From positions 1 through 64,000 of IMG/VR virus record IMGVR_UViG_3300019927_000058: 64,000 bases of DNA; one strand, 5' to 3'. The position numbers and the translations under genes were made by a program. Shown here piece by piece: positions 58,569-64,000 of the stretch. Under the pieces are notes generated by a model that worked only from the letters and a program-made list of their open reading frames with translations, was not told the origin of the DNA and ran no database searches. How positions within the stretch are numbered: position 1 is the stretch's first letter; every line of letters begins with the position of its first letter. This DNA comes from a virus.

Positions 58569-60629
58569 ATGGCAGAGAAAGTCAGCGCACTGACGAATTT
58601 GGATACAATCAACGAGAAGCACCAAGATGAAATTCCAGAAGGTCTTCGTGATTCCCATTCGTTTGAATGGTATCTTGAAGAGCTTTCTGCAAGTCCACGA
58701 ATCGCCCGAAATGCACATCAGCGACTTTCGGATATGTTCCGTCACTACGGAACTGAATACGATGAAGAACGCGGTGTTGTCGAATACAAGCTAGCCAGCG
58801 AAGATCCGCTCAATGATGGAGATAATATCTTCTACGGGCGCGATGTTCACGAATCTATCCACGAATTTGTGAACAAAGTTCATTCTGCTTCCCGTGGTTT
58901 GGGGCCAGAAAAACGAATCAAACTTCTCCTTGGTCCGGTTGGTTCTGGTAAGTCTGATTTCGACCGGCAGGTTCGGACTTACTTTGAAGATTATACACGG
59001 CAAGAAGCAGGTCGAATGTATACCTTCCAGTGGACCAATCTCTGCGAAGTTATTGAAGACCAAGATCCTTCGGATGATACGGTGCGTTCGGCTATGAATC
59101 AAGACCCTGTAGTTCTTCTTCCAGAGAGTCAGAGAGAAGAAATCTTTGAAGCTCTCAATGAAGAAATTGATGCAGATTACTACATCGAAAACAAGCAGTC
59201 CCTTGACCCACGGAGTGAATTTTTCATGGATAAACTGCTTGACTACTACGATGATGATCTTCAGGCAGTCCTGAATAATCACATTGAAGTCGTCCGTTTC
59301 GTTGCAAGTGAGAACCGGCGGGAAGGAGTTGAAACCTTTGAGCCAAAGGACAAGAAGAATCAGGATGAAACCGAACTTACTGGAGATGTTAACTATTCCA
59401 AAATTGCAGTTTACGGTGAATCTGATCCGCGTGCGTTTGACTATTCTGGTGCTTTCTGTAATGCCAACCGTGGAATTTTCAGTGGAGAAGAGCTTCTAAA
59501 ACTCCAGAAAGAATTCCTCTATGACTTCCTCCACGCTACTCAAGAACAGACGATCAAGCCGAAAAATAATCCACGTATTGATATTGACCAAGTAATTGTT
59601 GGTCGAACCAATATGCCGGAGTACCGGGAGAAGACTGGTAACGAAAAGATGGAAGCGTTCAACGACCGAACCAAACGTATCGACTTCCCATACGTTTTGG
59701 AGTATTCAGAAGAGGCTAAGATTTACGAGAAGATGCTGAACAACTCTTCTGTTGGTGAAGTTCATGTTGAACCTCATACGCTTGAGATGGCAGGACTGTT
59801 CGGAGTTATGACCCGACTTGAAGAGCCGGGTGCAGAAAATATCACTCTGCTTCAGAAAGCAAAAGCGTACAACGGTGAAGAGAGTGATGTTGGTGATATT
59901 GACATTGAAAAACTCCGTGAAGAGACTGATGAAGAAGGACTGCACGGTGTCTCTGCTCGATTCATCGGAGATGAAATTGCAGAATCTATTGTCTCTCAAC
60001 TGCATGATGATTCCAATTCGCTTTCGGCGCTAACCGTATTCAACCATCTCGAAAATAACATCGAGAATCACGGTTCGATTGCTGATGAAAACCTGACTGA
60101 ATACAATCGGTATATCGAAGAGACAAAGGAAGAGTTTGAAGAGCGAGCTATTGAAGATGTTCGCCATGCCCTCGCATACAATACTGATGAAATCGAAGAG
60201 CAGGGCGAGAAGTACATGGATCACGTCATGGCTTACATCGATGATGATAAAGTCGAAGACGAAATCACGGGTGATATGGTTGATCCTGATGAACAGTTCA
60301 TGCGTTCTGTTGAAGAACAATTAGAAATCCCCCGTGACCGTAAGAACGACTTCCGGCAAGAAATCTCTAATTGGGTCAGTCGGAAAGCGCGGAAAGGTGA
60401 ATCATTTAGCCCGACCGATAATGACCGACTTCTCCGTGCGCTTGAACGCAAGCTATGGTCGGATAAGAAGCATAATATTAACTTTTCCGCTCTCATTAAA
60501 TCGGATGATGATGACGAAAACCGCGACGATTGGATTTCTGCTCTCAAAGACCGTGGTTATTCGGAAGAAGGAGCAGAAGAAGTTCTTGAATACGCAGGAG
60601 CGAAAGTTGCCAAAGAAGAAATGAATTAA
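58569..60629 (+). CDS. prkA: PrkA-family serine protein kinase / AAA+ protein (copy 1)
   Basis: I chose the ATG at 58569. ~686 aa. The N-terminal region FEWYLEELSASPRIARNAHQRL is PrkA-like. The P-loop is IKLLLGPVGSGKSDF. Length and layout match YeaG/PrkA. Confidence 0.75.
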   Translation: MAEKVSALTNLDTINEKHQDEIPEGLRDSHSFEWYLEELSASPRIARNAHQRLSDMFRHYGTEYDEERGVVEYKLASEDPLNDGDNIFYGRDVHESIHEFVNKVHSASRGLGPEKRIKLLLGPVGSGKSDFDRQVRTYFEDYTRQEAGRMYTFQWTNLCEVIEDQDPSDDTVRSAMNQDPVVLLPESQREEIFEALNEEIDADYYIENKQSLDPRSEFFMDKLLDYYDDDLQAVLNNHIEVVRFVASENRREGVETFEPKDKKNQDETELTGDVNYSKIAVYGESDPRAFDYSGAFCNANRGIFSGEELLKLQKEFLYDFLHATQEQTIKPKNNPRIDIDQVIVGRTNMPEYREKTGNEKMEAFNDRTKRIDFPYVLEYSEEAKIYEKMLNNSSVGEVHVEPHTLEMAGLFGVMTRLEEPGAENITLLQKAKAYNGEESDVGDIDIEKLREETDEEGLHGVSARFIGDEIAESIVSQLHDDSNSLSALTVFNHLENNIENHGSIADENLTEYNRYIEETKEEFEERAIEDVRHALAYNTDEIEEQGEKYMDHVMAYIDDDKVEDEITGDMVDPDEQFMRSVEEQLEIPRDRKNDFRQEISNWVSRKARKGESFSPTDNDRLLRALERKLWSDKKHNINFSALIKSDDDDENRDDWISALKDRGYSEEGAEEVLEYAGAKVAKEEMN

Positions 60630-60637
60630 GATAACCC

Positions 60638-62785
60638 ATGTCAAAAAATTTTATCGAGAAAGCGTCTGAAGAAGCCTCGTTACAGGCAGATGATACCATG
60701 TCATTGAAGTCGTTCCTTGAGTACGCTGAGGAAAATACAACGAGCGTGGTTGATTCAGTCACGTATCTGCTAAGGGCGATTGAACATTTCGGTACTCGTA
60801 CCATCTTTGAAGATGGAGAAGAAAAGGAGAGGTACGTGTTCTTTGATGATCCGTATGAAGATGGGGAACACGCTATTCTTGGAAACACAGAGCAGTTGAA
60901 CGAGCTTGTTGATGAATTACGTCGCCGTGCATCCGAGGAAGGGGAGAATAATAAAATCATTTGGTTCCTTGGACCTACGGCTTCTGGTAAGTCGGAATTG
61001 AAGAGATGTATTATCAACGGACTCCGTGGCTTTGCAGAAAGCGATGAAGGTGCAAAGTATACACTTGAATGGACTTTAGATGAGTCTTCAGCAAGTAGTC
61101 GAATGTCCTATGGTTCTGAAGATAATTCTATCTCTAAAGAATACTATAAAAGCCCTGTTAATATCAATCCACTTCTTCTTCTTCCCGAAGAAACAAGAGA
61201 AGAATACATTGAAGAAATTGGAGAAAATATTGAATTAGACGGTGATATTGATCCCTTTAGTCAAGAAGCTATGGAACTACTTGAAGATAATTACGACTTT
61301 TCAGAAATTGTTTCTGAAGAGTTTGTTCAGGCCAAGCGTCTATATCCCGAAGTTGGCGATGGCATTGGCGTTCTCCATAGCGAAGATTCTGGAAATCCGA
61401 AACAGAAGATTGTTGGTTCTTGGATGAATGGTGCTATGGAGAAGTTCGCTAAACGTGGTCAGAAGAATCCACAGGCGTTTTCATATGATGGAGTGCTATC
61501 ACAGGGCAATAGTCTGGTGAGCATCGTGGAAGACGCTGGACACCATTCAGAAGTTCTTGATAAGATGCTCAATGTGTGTGAAGAAGAGATGGTTAAGCTG
61601 GATAATAAGATTTCGATGGATTTGGATACTGTTATCATGGTATTCTCCAATCCAGACTTGGAAGGTCAACTTGAAGAATATAGTGAAGCTGGTCAACATG
61701 ACCCTCTTCGTGCGTTGCGTCGGAGGTTGGATAAGTATGAATTTAATTATTTAACCACCATTGGAATTGAGGGTATGCTGATTAAACGTATGCTTTCGGA
61801 CGATACTCTCATGTGGGATGATGAAGATAATAGAATGGACTTGGTAGCCGAACCAATGGAACTATATCAGACTGAAATCGCTCCAAGATGTATTGAAGCA
61901 GCATCGATGTATGAGATTATTACTCGTCTTGAAGATAAGAAGACCAGTCTCTCTTCTATCAATGAGGCTCTACTTCTAGAACACGGTGAAGTCGAAAGTG
62001 AAAATGGCAATTTGATTACTACTGACGATAGTGAAATGGATTTAAATTTGGGAGGAAGTGTTGGAATTCCTGTCACATACACTGTTGACAAAATAATTGA
62101 ACTTGTTCAGAATAATGATGTAGTTCTGCCTGAAGATGTTCTCAATCAAATGTCTGATAATCTTGAAGATGAACCTGTCTTCAATAATTCTGAAGTAGAA
62201 CACTTTGCAAAGATGGCATTTGATGTTGAAGATTATATTTACAAAGAACAAAGAGATGATGTTCTTGAGGCAATGATTGGAGATATTGAAGTTACCGAAG
62301 AGAATGTTCGTGAATATATTGATGATATTCTTGCTTGGAATGATGAAGATGAAGATGAATATGACCTTTATGAACTACGGGAGTTTGAAACTCGATATTT
62401 AGGACAGGATATTGATGATTATAATGAGAATGCTGTAGCGAATCCTCCTATTGTGGAATTCCGTCGAAACATCATTAGTCCTATCAACAAGTATATGTGG
62501 GAAAAGAGAGATGAAGATTTCACTGTTGATGAAGTTCCGCTTTCAGAGGCTCCGTCTCTCCGACCATTACTTGAAGAAAATGATTGGGATATGGTAGACC
62601 GAGTATATCCAGATGCCGACTTATCGCTCTGGGAGTCGCCGCCTTCAAACACACAGACAGAAGAGTTAAAAGAAAAGACCGTTAAAAGGATGGTAGAGAT
62701 GCAAGGATACTCTGAAGAATCAGCAGAAGAAGTTAGTAAGAAGGTGATTGAACCTCATGTTAAAGCAGAAGAGGTGATGGGATAA
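60638..62785 (+). CDS. prkA: PrkA-family protein (copy 2, divergent)
   Basis: 715 aa. Motifs are SLKSFLEYAEENTTSVVDSVTYLLRAIEHFG and the P-loop IIWFLGPTASGKSELKR. It lies 8 nt downstream of copy 1. Confidence 0.65.
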   Translation: MSKNFIEKASEEASLQADDTMSLKSFLEYAEENTTSVVDSVTYLLRAIEHFGTRTIFEDGEEKERYVFFDDPYEDGEHAILGNTEQLNELVDELRRRASEEGENNKIIWFLGPTASGKSELKRCIINGLRGFAESDEGAKYTLEWTLDESSASSRMSYGSEDNSISKEYYKSPVNINPLLLLPEETREEYIEEIGENIELDGDIDPFSQEAMELLEDNYDFSEIVSEEFVQAKRLYPEVGDGIGVLHSEDSGNPKQKIVGSWMNGAMEKFAKRGQKNPQAFSYDGVLSQGNSLVSIVEDAGHHSEVLDKMLNVCEEEMVKLDNKISMDLDTVIMVFSNPDLEGQLEEYSEAGQHDPLRALRRRLDKYEFNYLTTIGIEGMLIKRMLSDDTLMWDDEDNRMDLVAEPMELYQTEIAPRCIEAASMYEIITRLEDKKTSLSSINEALLLEHGEVESENGNLITTDDSEMDLNLGGSVGIPVTYTVDKIIELVQNNDVVLPEDVLNQMSDNLEDEPVFNNSEVEHFAKMAFDVEDYIYKEQRDDVLEAMIGDIEVTEENVREYIDDILAWNDEDEDEYDLYELREFETRYLGQDIDDYNENAVANPPIVEFRRNIISPINKYMWEKRDEDFTVDEVPLSEAPSLRPLLEENDWDMVDRVYPDADLSLWESPPSNTQTEELKEKTVKRMVEMQGYSEESAEEVSKKVIEPHVKAEEVMG

Positions 62786-62997
62786 TGTCTCAAAACGGTG
62801 AGTACAATGACGGCACTGGGGGAATCCGTGTTGGCCGTGTTATCATGGATGCGGGACTGCTCGGAGCGGAAGTTGAGGCAGTAGCCCATTCGATAGAGGA
62901 AAATACGCCATTTGAAACCGAACGTCAGACTGGTATGCGGATAGATGTGTTTCGGCCACAAGAATCGGATACTAACCGAAACGGAGGTAAACAATAA
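62785..62997 (+). CDS. Small ORF (70 aa) embedded in the prkA-yeaH module
   Basis: TAATG overlaps on both sides argue for translation. No motif was recognised. Confidence 0.4.
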   Translation: MSQNGEYNDGTGGIRVGRVIMDAGLLGAEVEAVAHSIEENTPFETERQTGMRIDVFRPQESDTNRNGGKQ

Positions 62998-64000
62998 TGG
63001 GACTTAAAGAAGATTTGAAAAGGTTTGAAGAAGTTGGTGAAGAGAGACGCCAAGACCTTTCAGAATATATTCAGCATGGGCAGATTGAAGCGGGAGATGA
63101 TATTAAGGTTCCAATCAAAGTAATCAACCTCCCCGGATTTGAATATGATCCAAGCGATAAAGGTGGTGTTGGAAAGGGACAAGGAGAACAAGGCGACCCT
63201 GTAGATGCTGGTCAGCCAGAACCCGGAGACGATGATGAAGAAGGAGAACCGGGCGAAGAAACTTCAGAACATGGTCATTATGATATGGACCCTGAAGAAT
63301 TCGCTGAAGAATTAGATGAAGAACTTGGTCTGGACCTTGACCCCAAAGGAAAGAAAGTCAAAGAAGAAACGGAAGGCCCATACACTGAACTTGCTCGGTC
63401 TGGTCCTGAGTCTACGCTTGACTTTGAACGGATGTTCAAGAAAGGACTCAAGCGTAGTCTTGCTATGTTCTTTGATGAAGAATACCTCAAAGAAGTGATG
63501 AGAGTTAAAGGCATGGGTCCAGAGAAAGTATTTGAATGGTCCAGAGAGCAGAATATCCCTGTTTCAAAAAGCTGGATTCAAGGCGAATATCCAGACATTG
63601 AAGAGAAAAGTATGTATGACTCTATCGATGATATTCCGGGCGAAATGCGAAGAACGCCTGTAGCAGAAGAAATTGATTCAGTTGCTCTTCGGGAAGAAGA
63701 CAAGCGACACAAGTTCCCTGAAGTTACTACAGAGTATGAGAAGAATGCTGTAGTTGTCTTTATCCGAGATGTTTCTGGTTCCATGAGAAAACAGAAACGC
63801 CGTCTTGTTGAACGTGTATTCACGCCTATTGATTGGTATCTTACCGGGAAGTATGATAATGCTGAGTTTGTTTACATTGCTCACGATTCTGAAGCATGGG
63901 AAACAGAGCAAAGTGAATTCTTCGGAATCAAATCAGGCGGAGGAACGCAAATTTCGAGCGCATACGAACTAGCCCAAGAAATCCTTGAACAAAGGTACAG
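62997..64000 (+). CDS. yeaH: YeaH/YhbH (DUF444, UPF0229) protein with a vWA-like domain; 3' end beyond the window
   Basis: The ORF is absent from the track because it is partial. My translation from the ATG at 62997 (GGAGGT 9 nt upstream) stays open to 64000. Sequence features: MGLKEDLKRFEEVGEERRQDLSEYIQHG..IKVPIKVINLPGFEYD..GGVGKGQGEQGDP.., then VVFIRDVSGSMRKQK...GGGTQISSAYELAQEIL. Confidence 0.7.
   Translation, partial: MGLKEDLKRFEEVGEERRQDLSEYIQHGQIEAGDDIKVPIKVINLPGFEYDPSDKGGVGKGQGEQGDPVDAGQPEPGDDDEEGEPGEETSEHGHYDMDPEEFAEELDEELGLDLDPKGKKVKEETEGPYTELARSGPESTLDFERMFKKGLKRSLAMFFDEEYLKEVMRVKGMGPEKVFEWSREQNIPVSKSWIQGEYPDIEEKSMYDSIDDIPGEMRRTPVAEEIDSVALREEDKRHKFPEVTTEYEKNAVVVFIRDVSGSMRKQKRRLVERVFTPIDWYLTGKYDNAEFVYIAHDSEAWETEQSEFFGIKSGGGTQISSAYELAQEILEQRY

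Noticed and set aside
1-64000. An integrated provirus with host flanks, a CRISPR array, or rRNA.
   Set aside because: No integrase, excisionase or att-like direct repeats were recognised. The tRNA cluster is internal, flanked by viral replication genes on both sides. No spaced repeat arrays or rRNA-like sequence were seen. The provirus question for the prkA end remains open and is listed under that finding.

Overview
This window reads as one contiguous piece of a tailed dsDNA virus, siphovirus-like with an HK97-style head module, that infects an extremely halophilic archaeon. I saw no rRNA, CRISPR array, integrase or cellular housekeeping genes.

Evidence for this reading:
- Nearly all predicted proteins are strongly acidic.
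- The replication genes are archaeal in type: RadA, a PCNA-like clamp, RFC small and large subunits, AEP primase, family B polymerase, Hjc and an XPD-like helicase.
- G+C is heterogeneous. My spot counts on single 60-nt lines run from about 28% to 55%, which is AT-rich for a halophile.

Layout:
- Minus-strand arm (1-36624), listed from the left edge. Class I RNR comes first (nrdA cut by the window edge, then nrdB). Tail-tip and adhesin genes follow, then the tape measure. Next is an ~11 kb block of lectin-fold and fibre-like paralogues, then a tail chaperone with a canonical -1 frameshift site and the major tail protein. Connectors, capsid, decoration protein, scaffold, a protease fusion, portal and terminase follow. 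The arm ends with an HTH-phosphoesterase gene.
- A repeat-rich divergent control region lies at 36625-36956.
- Plus-strand arm (36957-64000). It carries recombination, replication and nucleotide-metabolism genes and a 3-tRNA cluster (Leu-UAA, Arg-UCU, Met-CAU). It ends with a prkA-prkA-(70 aa)-yeaH module cut by the right edge.

Most notable observations:
1. A virus-borne PrkA/YeaH signalling operon.
2. A family B DNA polymerase split into two ORFs by a homing-endonuclease gene. That gene has an unusual zinc-finger plus PD-(D/E)XK architecture, and a paralogue sits next to the tape-measure gene.
3. Four free-standing homing endonucleases from three families.
4. A domain of roughly 90 aa shared between the putative major tail protein and a fibre-block protein.
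5. An ~11 kb block of lectin-fold and paralogous genes separating the frameshifted tail chaperone from the tape measure.
6. Recurrent regulatory motifs: the promoter ACGTAAsyCTTTTAw, the SD AGGTGAT, and ATGAGTRA stop/start junctions.

All family assignments come from motif recognition by eye. No database search was possible.
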